From assembly GCA_016195275.1 (NCBI GenBank), contig JACPZZ010000001.1, forward strand, positions 3,046 to 67,045: DNA of 64,000 nucleotides, read 5' to 3'. Below, in pieces: positions 16,889 through 27,000 of the stretch. The notes below the pieces were generated by a model. The model did no database searches, had not been told where the DNA came from, and saw only the letters and a list, made by a program, of their open reading frames with translations. Origin of the DNA: Candidatus Aenigmatarchaeota archaeon (GTDB lineage Archaea > Aenigmatarchaeota > Aenigmatarchaeia > JACPZZ01). The stretch's first letter is position 1; each line of letters opens with the position of its first letter. The position numbers and the translations under genes were made by a program.

Positions 16889-18541
16889 ATGGGTGGACTA
16901 GGAGATCCGGTTATTGGTTCGGAGTTCATTAATAGGGAAGAAGAACTGGGAGTTCTGGATAGAAGGGTAGACTCTTTTATCAAAGAAGGGAAAAAGAGAA
17001 ACATTGCTGTGTTAGGGCTACGAAAGGTTGGGAAAACTTCTCTTATGCAACAATTTATAAAACACTACAAGAAAGAGTCTAACTTCTTAGCAATACCAAT
17101 TTATGTTCCAGAAGAAAACCCTAAAATTTTTGTAACCAAAGCCGTTGGTTTGACATTAATGTATTTGTTGAGAAAGAAGGGTCTCAGTATAGAATCTCCG
17201 ATAACGTTGAACTCTCTAGTAAATTTGGCGATAGCGGTTTTTCCAAAAACAGCTCAAACTGCTCTCGAAATATCTAGACAACCTGACATCAGTGAAGCTT
17301 TCAGTTCTGTTTTCGAACTATTCAAAATTGCACAAAAAGAATCGGGGTACTCAATTTTGGTTTGGTTAGACGAATTCCAAAGAATAGCCGATTACAAAAA
17401 ACATGTGAATGCTCCAATAGACACAATCAGAGAGATAGCTATGAACCAAGGAAAAGTCATGTATGTGATAGCTGGCTCTTCTATAGGCATGTTAACCAAG
17501 ATAATTGCGTCCACCGAGTCCCCGTTGTTTGGTCATTTTGAACAATTAAAATTGAAAGGATTTGATTTTGGTAATTCTAGAAAGCTGATATTACAAAGAC
17601 TTGATGGTTTGAGCATAGGAGAAAACGAAATAGGTTTCCTGTTCGAATTGACAGACGGCGTTCCTTTTTACATTGATCTACTTACATTCAGAATGAAAGA
17701 CCTAGCAACACAACACAGATACAAGTCGCTACCTACTAGCGTTTTGACCGATGCTCTTCTTTTAGAAGTATTCACTTCCAGTGGTGGTATATACTCTCAC
17801 TTAACCTCGCTCATAGACGAATCTTTGGGTAAGAAAGGACTCTCTAGATATCTGGAACTTATGAAGGCCATAGCCAGAGGTAATCATAGAAGTATAGACA
17901 TAGCTAGAAATTCTGAAATAGAATATACACAATTTCCAAAGTACATCAAACAGCTAATCGATTGGGATATAGTAATAAAGAAGGATGGAGAAGATACTTT
18001 TGGAACATATTATCTATCGGATACGTTGCTAGAATTTTGGCTAAAAGAGGTATTTTCGCTAAGAGAAGACGCTATAATTTCTGAAATATCTGAAAAAAGA
18101 AAACGTTTCAGGAGCAACGTAGAAAAAATAATTGAAGAATATAAAACACAGGTTGGGCTTGGGAACGAAGCCAGAATCAGAGAACTTTTCAAAGCGTTTG
18201 ATGGAAATATTTCGATTTTCGATAAAGTTCTACCAAAATTTGATTCTGTAACAATTATGAGATTACCGAACAATGAAGAGTTGGATGTTTTGGCAGTATC
18301 TAGTCAAGATAGATGGGCGGCTGAAGTAAAAGATATGCCAGTTGACGTTGGTGATATAAACGATTTCATTAGAAAAATTAATTTGTCGCCATTACCAATA
18401 AACCAAAAAATTCTAATCTGTCTTTTAGGAATAAACGAAGATGCACAAAAACTCGCTTTGAGTAATAAGATAGCCGTCTGGAAACTTGACGATGTGAATA
18501 TTCTAATGAAAGCTTACAGTAAATTTAGAATCACTATTTAG
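16889..18541 (+). CDS. archaeal ATPase family (PF01637-like) AAA+ protein with a C-terminal nuclease-like/DUF234-like domain
   Basis: FINREEELGVLDRR...IAVLGLRKVGKTSL (Walker A) ...VWLDEFQ (Walker B). 550 aa. Confidence 0.7.
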   Translation: MGGLGDPVIGSEFINREEELGVLDRRVDSFIKEGKKRNIAVLGLRKVGKTSLMQQFIKHYKKESNFLAIPIYVPEENPKIFVTKAVGLTLMYLLRKKGLSIESPITLNSLVNLAIAVFPKTAQTALEISRQPDISEAFSSVFELFKIAQKESGYSILVWLDEFQRIADYKKHVNAPIDTIREIAMNQGKVMYVIAGSSIGMLTKIIASTESPLFGHFEQLKLKGFDFGNSRKLILQRLDGLSIGENEIGFLFELTDGVPFYIDLLTFRMKDLATQHRYKSLPTSVLTDALLLEVFTSSGGIYSHLTSLIDESLGKKGLSRYLELMKAIARGNHRSIDIARNSEIEYTQFPKYIKQLIDWDIVIKKDGEDTFGTYYLSDTLLEFWLKEVFSLREDAIISEISEKRKRFRSNVEKIIEEYKTQVGLGNEARIRELFKAFDGNISIFDKVLPKFDSVTIMRLPNNEELDVLAVSSQDRWAAEVKDMPVDVGDINDFIRKINLSPLPINQKILICLLGINEDAQKLALSNKIAVWKLDDVNILMKAYSKFRITI

Positions 18542-18705
18542 TTGAACATAAAATAGCAACCGCCCCTGACAGCCGCCGTAGCAACCGTTGACCTGACAAA
18601 ACCGAAAACCGACAAGTATTTATATACGTGCATTTACATAAATTTAGTGATTAGATTATGAGGCGGGCAACGCCCGTTTCTTCGGTGGTTAGGGAGGTTT
18701 TTAGA

Positions 18706-20361
18706 ATGGTGAATGCAACAATGGCACAGATTGGCGGACAGCCTGTATTGATTTTGCCGGAAGGCGCTTTACGCACAACGGGCAAAGACGCGCAACGGAA
18801 CAATATTGCAGCGGCAAAGGCTGTGGGCGATGCGATACGCACAACACTGGGCCCGCGCGGCATGGATAAAATGCTCGTGGATTCTTTGGGCGATGTAGTG
18901 ATCAGCAACGACGGTGCCACGATTCTTAGCGAAATGGAAATAGAACACCCTGCAGCGAAGATGATGGTTGAAATATCGAAAACACAGGACGAGGAGGTTG
19001 GCGACGGAACGACAACTGTTGTTGTGCTGGCCGGAACAATGCTGAAAAAGGCTGAAGAATTATTGGACCAGGAGGTTCATCCTACGGTAATAACGAAAGG
19101 TTATCGGGTTGCGAAGGAAAAGGCACTTGAAGTTGTGAAGAGTGTTTCAAAATCAATTTCTGTCAACGACGAGGACAAACTTGTGCGCATCGCGATTACG
19201 GCAATGAGCAGCAAGGCCGTCGGGGAGAACCCGGAAAAACTTGCCCGCGTTGTTGTGCAGGCTGTCAAGGAAATTTCCGAAACAACCGACGGAAAAACTG
19301 TTATCGATGTTGAAAACGTCAAACTGGAAAAAAGACGGGGCGGCGGAATAATCGACACAGAGCTGATCAAAGGGATTGCGATTGACAAGGAGATTGTTCA
19401 CCCTTCAATGCCCAAGAAAGCCGAGAATGCGAAAATCGCTCTGTTGGACGCTGCGCTTGAAGTTAAAGAGCTGGAAACAGACGCGGAAATAAGGATAACG
19501 TCGCCGGAGCAGATGCAATCGTTCCTTGCAGAAGAGGAACGGATGTTAAAGGACATGGTTGAGAAGATCGCTGCCACGGGCGCCAATGTTGTGTTCTCGC
19601 AGAAAGGCATTGATGACGCTGCGCAGCATTACATGGCAAAGAAAGGAATACTGGCTGCGCGACGCGTGAAGAAATCCGATATGGACAAACTGGCAAGAGC
19701 GACAGGGGCAAAGGTCACTTCTAGCATCAATGACCTTAGCTCTGCGGATTTGGGTTTCGCAGGCTTGGTCGAAGAGAAAAAAGTTTCCGGCGAGCAGATG
19801 GTTTTCGTCCAGAAATGCAAAGATCCCAAAGCGGTTACGATATTGATACGCGGCGGTTCCGAGCATATTGTAGACGAAGTGGAACGCGCAGTAAACGACG
19901 CGATTAAAAGCGCTGCTGCTGCGATTGAAATGGGCAAGTATGTTGCGGGCGGCGGTGCGCCAGAGGCGGAAATAGCAAGAGTTTTGCGCAAATTCGCTGA
20001 AAGCTTCCCCGGACGCGAGCAACTCGCTATTAACGCGTTTGCCGATGCCATGGAAGTTATACCGAAAACATTGGCGGAAAACGCAGGGCTGGACACGATA
20101 GACATGCTGGTTAAGTTGCGTGCAGAACACGACGCGGGAAACGTTAATGCCGGTGTGGATGTTTTGAACGGAAGGATCAGCGACATGGAGAAGTTGAATG
20201 TCATCGACCCGCTGAAAACAAAGATACAGGCCATAAGCTCTGCGTCGGAGGCGGCGGAAATGATACTGCGAATAGACGACGTTATTTCAGCCAGCAAGTT
20301 AAACAAGGGCGGCGGCATGCCGCCCGGCGGAATGCCTGACATGTCCGGCGGCGAAATGTAA
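18706..20361 (+). CDS. ths: thermosome subunit (group II chaperonin)
   Basis: [42 protein letters not shown], and a C-terminal [17 protein letters not shown] tail. I placed the start at the ATG at 18706 because a GGGAGG lies about 10 nt upstream. The ATG at 18721 is also possible. Confidence 0.95.
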   Translation: MVNATMAQIGGQPVLILPEGALRTTGKDAQRNNIAAAKAVGDAIRTTLGPRGMDKMLVDSLGDVVISNDGATILSEMEIEHPAAKMMVEISKTQDEEVGDGTTTVVVLAGTMLKKAEELLDQEVHPTVITKGYRVAKEKALEVVKSVSKSISVNDEDKLVRIAITAMSSKAVGENPEKLARVVVQAVKEISETTDGKTVIDVENVKLEKRRGGGIIDTELIKGIAIDKEIVHPSMPKKAENAKIALLDAALEVKELETDAEIRITSPEQMQSFLAEEERMLKDMVEKIAATGANVVFSQKGIDDAAQHYMAKKGILAARRVKKSDMDKLARATGAKVTSSINDLSSADLGFAGLVEEKKVSGEQMVFVQKCKDPKAVTILIRGGSEHIVDEVERAVNDAIKSAAAAIEMGKYVAGGGAPEAEIARVLRKFAESFPGREQLAINAFADAMEVIPKTLAENAGLDTIDMLVKLRAEHDAGNVNAGVDVLNGRISDMEKLNVIDPLKTKIQAISSASEAAEMILRIDDVISASKLNKGGGMPPGGMPDMSGGEM

Positions 20362-20847
20362 TAAAGTTTAACTTTATCTCCGAGAAGTCCCCTTTCGCAA
20401 GATGGGAGATGAAGGCGAACCGTATCGGAACACCACCAAGCCATGCGATTTATAAATTACTCGTGCCGAATAATACCATTGTCCACACGCAGGCGTAAAC
20501 GGTCGCAATAACGAATTTGCATGCATTCATGTGTTGCGTAAAGCCGAACTTGGCAAGAACATGCAGACAAACTACAAAGATTCTGCGTGTAATCCGTGAA
20601 TCAGGAAGCTTTGCGCGAAACGTGAAGTAGTTCACATAACTCCGCTTTCAAGCATTCAAATGCGATATGATTGTGTGCGAGAGGATGTTTTTGGCGACTC
20701 CCACAGTGATCTTCTGGCAGAATGGGTTATTCTCGGGTTGGAGAGACGAACAGGTGATTTAGGCCTTTCGCGCCGGGATCTGAGCATGAAACAGTAGCGC
20801 TTGACCGGTTTTAAAGTATTTATTGGTAGAAATCAAAATGTAAGTTA

Positions 20848-21342
20848 ATGAGCGAAACATCTGGTTCTGATGAATACGAAATTATAGCCATGACTCCGAT
20901 CAGGCGATTGGAAAGAAGGTTGGACCAGATAGAAGGCGGCACGAGTGCAAAGGAAATAAACAAGCTCGTTGATGAAATGATCGAACTAATCAAGGCCAAC
21001 CAACAGATAGTTGATGACCTGGTCAGGGCCAACCTTGATTTAAGAAATGAGATTTCCAGAATACCCGGCAAGATCGACGAGTTGATGGGAACGCTGAATG
21101 AATTTGTTTCGCTGCTTAAGGCGGCGTCGCAGGAAGAAGTTTCCGGCGGTTCCAGTGAAACGATGCGTCCGATTGCAGAGGGAATAAACCAGCTTGTTGA
21201 GTACACCAAGAAGACTGTTGAATCCAACCAGGCGATAATAAGCTCGCTGGACGAGATTGACAAAAGGCTGAAAAGGCTTTACGTTGTGCCGCCGAGGCCC
21301 ACGATAGGGACGACAACAAGCACATCTTTAATAAGGCGGTAA
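20848..21342 (+). CDS. coiled-coil protein, first gene of the pilus-like locus, function unknown
   Basis: 164 aa with heptad-like helical sequence. A TATA-like TTTAAAGTATTTATT lies about 30 nt upstream. Confidence 0.55.
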   Translation: MSETSGSDEYEIIAMTPIRRLERRLDQIEGGTSAKEINKLVDEMIELIKANQQIVDDLVRANLDLRNEISRIPGKIDELMGTLNEFVSLLKAASQEEVSGGSSETMRPIAEGINQLVEYTKKTVESNQAIISSLDEIDKRLKRLYVVPPRPTIGTTTSTSLIRR

Positions 21343-21366
21343 AATAAATTTAATGAAAGGGTTTTT

Positions 21367-21603
21367 ATGGCTAAGACTATAAAGGAAAATGTTTTTGTCG
21401 ATGTTTTTGTTCTGGTAATTGCGGCGATACTGGTTATCACCGGTTATCTTGTAATGATTCTTATGACAGGCATGCAGCAGGATAACGTTGCACGCGGCGT
21501 GCTGTTGCTTGCTTTGCTTACAATAGTATCGAGCATGATACAACTGGCTATGCTGGCCATGCTTGGAAAAATCAGGCAAAACTTGAAAGGTGGTAAGCAG
21601 TGA
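21367..21603 (+). CDS. small 2-TM membrane protein (module copy 1)
   Basis: 78 aa with two hydrophobic helices. Its stop overlaps the GTG start of the next gene (GTGA). Paralog of 22032..22268. Confidence 0.55.
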   Translation: MAKTIKENVFVDVFVLVIAAILVITGYLVMILMTGMQQDNVARGVLLLALLTIVSSMIQLAMLAMLGKIRQNLKGGKQ

Positions 21604-22031
21604 AAGGCATAACACCCGTAATTGCGCTTGTGATGCTGATGCTGATAACGGTTGGCATGGTAGGCATTGCCTACGCTTGGTTCTCTGGACTGCTGGTTAC
21701 TCAAACAGAGAAAGGTATTTCAGTACCGCCGGGCGGAGCTTACTGTGCAGGCGGAAAGATAAGCGTTCTGATACAGAACAACGGCGCGACGAGCAATGTG
21801 ATAGGCGCGGATGTCATTATTGCCCAGGTTGACGGCACTGATGTTCCTACAGATGGAGACTCAGGGCTCGACAACGAAAAAATGCCTGACACCGCCACCA
21901 TTGCACCTGGTTCTGCGGCATTAGTAATCCAGACATGGCAATGCGGCGGCGCAAGCTGCAGCTCGGGTTCGCACATTGTCCGTGTCGGTACGCGCACTGG
22001 CGTTGTCGAGTCGACAGCCTTCTGCAAGTAG
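21600..22031 (+). CDS. archaeal type IV pilin-like protein (class III signal peptide, Pilin_N/PF07790-like)
   Basis: N-terminus MKGITPVIALVMLMLITVGMVGIAYAWFSG. Confidence 0.75.
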   Translation: MKGITPVIALVMLMLITVGMVGIAYAWFSGLLVTQTEKGISVPPGGAYCAGGKISVLIQNNGATSNVIGADVIIAQVDGTDVPTDGDSGLDNEKMPDTATIAPGSAALVIQTWQCGGASCSSGSHIVRVGTRTGVVESTAFCK

Positions 22032-22268
22032 GTGAATTGTGTGGTAAAATCCAACGACCATAAAACCCTGACAAATACGTTTGTAACAGTTGTGGGTGTT
22101 TTGCTTGTAGTCGGCGGATATCTCCTGATAGGCGTGATGAGCGTACTCCCTGTCAGCGACAATGTGACCAAGGCGCTTGTGATGCTGGCTGTGCTCATAA
22201 TAATCTCAAGCATAACGCAGCTCGCGACGTTTTCGATCATCTCCAACGAAAAACGGGATAAAAAGTGA
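22032..22268 (+). CDS. small 2-TM membrane protein (module copy 2)
   Basis: 78 aa with the same topology and GYL motif as 21367..21603. Confidence 0.5.
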   Translation: MNCVVKSNDHKTLTNTFVTVVGVLLVVGGYLLIGVMSVLPVSDNVTKALVMLAVLIIISSITQLATFSIISNEKRDKK

Positions 22269-22273
22269 TTTTC

Positions 22274-22717
22274 ATGAGAAAAGGCATAACGCCCGTAATT
22301 GCCCTGGTAATGCTTATGCTGATCACAGTAGGCGTTGTGGGGCTTGCGTACGCATGGTTTTCCGGATTGGCTTCCACGCAGACGGAAAAGGGCATTTCGA
22401 TACCGCCGGGCGGGGCAAAATGCTATAAACTGGGCGGTATTAATTACGTTTCTGTAGCGATACAGAATAATGGGGCGGCTAGTAATCTTCTGAGAACAGA
22501 TTTCATTGTATCAACGATAAACGGCGTTGACTGCAGTTCGCACATAGCGACGTATTTCCCTGCTGCTGGAATAGCTCCGGGGGCCGGTGCGATTGTGTTT
22601 GCCGGCAGGGGCAGCGCCGCTCTTTGTGCTAACGGTTCAGCCTTTTCCGCAGGAACATACCCTGTGATGATCGGGACGCGCACGAACGTTGCGCAGACAC
22701 AGGTAATATGCACGTGA
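22274..22717 (+). CDS. archaeal type IV pilin-like protein, paralog of 21600..22031
   Basis: MRKGITPVIALVMLMLITVGVVGLAYAWFSGLASTQTEKGISIPPGG is nearly identical to its paralog over the first ~45 residues. Confidence 0.75.
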   Translation: MRKGITPVIALVMLMLITVGVVGLAYAWFSGLASTQTEKGISIPPGGAKCYKLGGINYVSVAIQNNGAASNLLRTDFIVSTINGVDCSSHIATYFPAAGIAPGAGAIVFAGRGSAALCANGSAFSAGTYPVMIGTRTNVAQTQVICT

Positions 22718-22805
22718 GCTTTGATAAAGAAAGCCTAACGGAAAGAAACTTTTTGGTGGGTCATATTTAATTTAACTGCCAACTAATAACTATCTAAGTG
22801 ATATT

Positions 22806-23450
22806 TTGAAAGGCCAGACCGAGGTAGTTACTTTCGTGCTTCTAGGCGGCGTAGTCGTCAGCCTTGTGGGCGCGGCTTACATGTGGGGCGCGCCTCTCAC
22901 TGAAAAAAGAAGCTCGTTAGCTGAGGCGGAAAGCATAAAGGCTTTTTTTTATGCCCTCAACAGCAAGATCAAGCAAATTGCGCAAACGTGCACCGGATCG
23001 TGCACGGAGACGATTGAACTTTCGCAGAAAGGGGTTTACAGCGCATTCAATGATGCGCAATTTTACCTTGACCAAGCCGAATGGTTTGAGTTCAACAACA
23101 GCGTAGTTCTGAACACGTCTGCGGCAAGAAATATTTACGCGCTTGACCGATGGATCGGCCTCAACACAGGCAACGTTGGGTACAGCGCGAACTTCGGCGA
23201 GCAGGAAGGCGTTTTGAAGGTAAGGATGTCAAAAAATCCGGCCGGAAACTATGAGGCTGTCTACCAGCTTTGGTACAGGGAAGTCGACACGCCGAACAGG
23301 GGGTTCAGGATAGATTTAGAGGTCGGCCCTGTGCAAAGCGCGACTTCTGGCAAAATTTCCATAACATTCGACGGCAGGTATGTCGTTGCCGGCGGCGCGG
23401 CCAACGGAAAGGATCTTGAGATAAGCATGGTAAAGATCAATTTCATATGA
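22806..23450 (+). CDS. pilin-like protein with a class III signal peptide
   Basis: TTG start. MKGQTEVVTFVLLGGVVVSLVGAAYMWG has the pattern K-G-Q followed by a hydrophobic helix. Confidence 0.5.
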   Translation: MKGQTEVVTFVLLGGVVVSLVGAAYMWGAPLTEKRSSLAEAESIKAFFYALNSKIKQIAQTCTGSCTETIELSQKGVYSAFNDAQFYLDQAEWFEFNNSVVLNTSAARNIYALDRWIGLNTGNVGYSANFGEQEGVLKVRMSKNPAGNYEAVYQLWYREVDTPNRGFRIDLEVGPVQSATSGKISITFDGRYVVAGGAANGKDLEISMVKINFI

Positions 23451-23528
23451 GCCTTCATCGTTGTGTTTGAAAAAGAAAGCCTCAATGGAAAGCTTTTGGT
23501 TTATCTTTCCGCGGACTGAAATGTTTTC

Positions 23529-23975
23529 ATGGCGAAATTTCTGCGCGGGCAGTACCAGATACTTGAGCAGGTCATACTGTTCGGCATAGGCCTGATAATA
23601 CTTACGAGCGTGTTTTCCATATTCAGCCTTCTTGGGGACAGGATAAACCTGGTTTCGGTGCACAACAATTTCCAGGAAGTGGGGCTGGCTGTGGCTTCGA
23701 ACCTAATTGAAGTTTACGGCCAGGGTAAATACTTCCACAATGCGAGCATTACGCTAGCGTTGCCGCGGGTTGTGGGAAACCGCCTATACCAGATAAGCAT
23801 AAACGACAACGGTGTGCACATCAACGCAACTGACAACGATGCTTACAGGGCATCTATAGGCGTGTACAACATTAACCGCACAGCAGGCTCTCTGTCAGGG
23901 GTGGAGTTAAGCGCGGCCTCTCCTATACGGCTTGTTTTTTACAACTCTACGAGGGAAGCGACACTGCGGAGATGA
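23529..23975 (+). CDS. pilin-like protein with a class III signal peptide
   Basis: MAKFLRGQYQILEQVILFGIGLIILTSVF has the pattern R-G-Q followed by a hydrophobic helix. Confidence 0.5.
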   Translation: MAKFLRGQYQILEQVILFGIGLIILTSVFSIFSLLGDRINLVSVHNNFQEVGLAVASNLIEVYGQGKYFHNASITLALPRVVGNRLYQISINDNGVHINATDNDAYRASIGVYNINRTAGSLSGVELSAASPIRLVFYNSTREATLRR

Positions 23976-24017
23976 CAGCAAACAGCTAATTTATACCAAA
24001 CAACGAAATAATTAATT

Positions 24018-27000
24018 ATGATGATAAAACTTAACACTCTGATGCGGAAGGCTGCGGCCAAAAAACCAATGGTGCAAAACGCACCGGTTGAAATAAAACA
24101 GGACGCGTCGAAGGCTGTTGTAAGGGCGATTTCCAAGGCTGTCCCGCCTGCAAGCGGCAAAAAATTAATTGTCCCCAGACAAAAAGTGAAACTTGTTGTA
24201 AAAAGACTTCTCGGCATCTCTTCCGGCAAAGAAAAGAAACCGGAAGACCCTTTTGAAGAACTTGTCAAAAATCCGCACGCATTGAAAAGGGCGGCAGAAA
24301 AGTACGGAGTTTCCGAAGCCTCTATAGAAGATATTTACAAACGCCTGCAAAGGCTGGAAGAGGGCAAGGGTGCGCATCTGGGAGCCGAAGACGCCATGAT
24401 GCTGCGAAACGAGCTGGCCTCGCTTAGAGCTGCGCCGGATTTCGGAAGGCTAAGCGACATAGACGAAATAAGGCAGGCTTTTTCAGAAATCGAAGGCAGG
24501 CTTGCCGGGGAGAGCGGCGCGGACAAGCTTCGCGAGGCGGAAATAGAGAGGGAAAGCATAATCAAATCAAAGGACGAGATTGAGAGAAAATATTACAAAA
24601 GGGAAATCGACGAGGCCACTTTCAAAAAAATGATGTCGGATTATGAACAGCAGCTGATAAAAACCGAATCCAAGATCAAAGCGTACAAGGCCGAAGGTAT
24701 TACATCGGAACCGCGGCCAAGCGTTAACATGAACAGGGTTTTTGAAAAATATGCCAAAGGGTTCAAGGCTGTTTATTTCCCTGCCTATCCGCAGATGGCT
24801 GTGCCGATGGCCATGCAGCCCGCCCAACAAACTGTGCAACAGACGCAAACATCCGAACTTATAAGGCCGCTCATAGCCGTGGAGAGCAGGACGATAATAT
24901 CGAAAAACGTCGTGGACGGCATGGAAATACCGGAACCCGAACGAAAAATTTCGCTAATGGAGACCGAAGAGCCGGAAAGCATGATGAACATAAACGTAGT
25001 TTACCCGCTGATACCGAGGGCTCCGGCCAAAGGGGAACTGGTTTACTCTTACACAAACATAAAATGGGATCCAAAAGAGAACGGGCTTGTTTACAGCTTG
25101 TTTGAGCCTGCTCTCACGCCGGAAGAAAAAAGGATATTAGCCAAGAGCAAAGAGTTGCTCGAAGAGAGGTTAAACATCGACCTGCGAAAACTTCGAAAGG
25201 TCGAAGCTGTAAACTATTTGATGAGACAAACGGATGAAGTTTTTTCCGTGATGGGCGTTAAGCTGGACCAGAAAAGGGTGGACGTGCTGAAATATTATAT
25301 CAGGCGTGATTTCGTCGGCCTGGAAAGAATAGACCCGATGATGAATGACCCAAACATAGAGGACATAAGCTGCGACGGAACGAACATACCTATCTACATA
25401 TTCCACAGGAATCCGTTGATAGGTTCCATAAGGACAAATGTAAAATTCCCTGACCAAAGATCCCTGGACACATTTACGGTGAAACTTGCGCAGAGAGCGG
25501 GCAAGGCCATATCTGTTGCAGAACCCCTGCTCGACGGGACATTGCCGGACGGTTCGCGCGTGCAAGCTACGCTAGGCACGGACATAGCAAGGCGCGGGTC
25601 CAATTTTTGCATCAAAGAAGGTTATGTGCAAATGTCTGACGGTTCAATCGAGGATATAAAAACGCTCTTTGAAAACTGGAAAAAATCCAATGGCGTTAGT
25701 ACCGATGAATTTGGAAATGAGCTTGCGGTTCCTATCAACTCCTACGCTGCCGGCGTCCATCATGACAGTTTAGAGCAAGAAAAAGGAAAGATTATCCAAA
25801 TATTAAAACTGCCGCCTCCCGAAAGGCTGGTCAGGGTTAGTTTCGCAGAGTGTGGTAAAACCAACTCGTGTTTAGAGGTAACCGAAAATCATATGTTTCA
25901 TGTCCTTACCGGGGCGGCGGGCATAGAAACACTAGAGTCCAATAAACTTAAGCCTGGCTTATGGGTTCCCGTTCCGGTACAGATTGAGGCCGAGGGCAAC
26001 CTTTCTGAAGAAGATTTTCTTGCCTCTGTTTTAAATTGTCTCAAAAACTCTGCCCCTGGCAGGGTTTATGTAAAAATTGACCAAAAAACCAAGCAGTATA
26101 TAACTTATTCTGATTCTCCCAATAAGCTGAAGGATATAAAAAGAGGCAAAACCACCAGCATGCCTATTGCAGAATTCCTGAAAAACTTGCAAATAAACAG
26201 GCAAAGCATTGATGATGTCAAGGCTGTTTATTGCATACTTAGAAACGGGAAAGAAGGCAGGGGGGCTGTTATAAGGGTGCCATTGAAATTAACGGAAAAA
26301 CTTGCTTATCTCGTGGGTTGGGTGGCGGGGGACGGGTCGCTTACTAAGGATAATATCAGCATACATACAGGCCTGAATGAAGATTATAAGAAATCAGTAA
26401 TGGGAACGATCAATGAATTATTTGGTATAAATGGTAAAACGTACAAAAATGATGAAAACAGAATTTATATCAATAGCAAAATCTTAGCAAAACTGATGCA
26501 TGAAGTTTTTGAGATTCCGTACGGTTACAAGTCTAGAAAAGTCGATGCGCCCAAGATTATCCAAAAATCAAAAAATATAATAGTTTCAAAGTTTTTACAA
26601 GGGCTGTTCGAGGCGGATGGAAGCCTTGGCAGCAACATCAATTTAACTACTTTTTCCAAGAATATGGCCACAAAAGTGATCTTCCTGCTTTCCCGTCTGG
26701 GTGTGTACTCTACCTTTAATACGGATGGAAATTGCCACAGGATTTATGTTCCTTCCGCCTATTACAGAAAGTTCTCGGAGAACGTGTTTTCCAACGATAA
26801 AATCGAAAACCTGGTGAAAAATCAAAAAAAGACGAAAATATCGAATGTCTTGCCGTCGCTCTTTTTGGATAATTTGCTGAAGCAATGTAAAGACAATGGA
26901 ATAAAATCGAATGCCATATCGCATATACTGCACCCTTCTGAGATAAGAAAAAGCGGAAAACTGACTTTTAGCAAAATCAAATCATTGAATACTTTGCTTA

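Noticed and set aside
15700-16890. Terminal inverted repeats for the IS around the transposase gene.
   Set aside because: There is only a weak match (AAATTCATTAGTAGTTAC against AAATTATTAACTTAC), which is insufficient to set element boundaries.
19546-20444. Long minus-strand ORFs (194 aa and 271 aa) inside the thermosome gene.
   Set aside because: They are antisense shadow ORFs of a highly conserved chaperonin gene. Their sequences are low-complexity Ser/Ala/Ile-rich and have no motifs.
20362-20847. A search for SRP RNA or RNase P RNA in the 486-nt gap after the thermosome gene.
   Set aside because: I did not find the conserved GGAAGCAGCC-type helix-8 motif or the GAGGAAAGTCC-type P4 motif. 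I leave this as an unassigned gap that needs cmscan.
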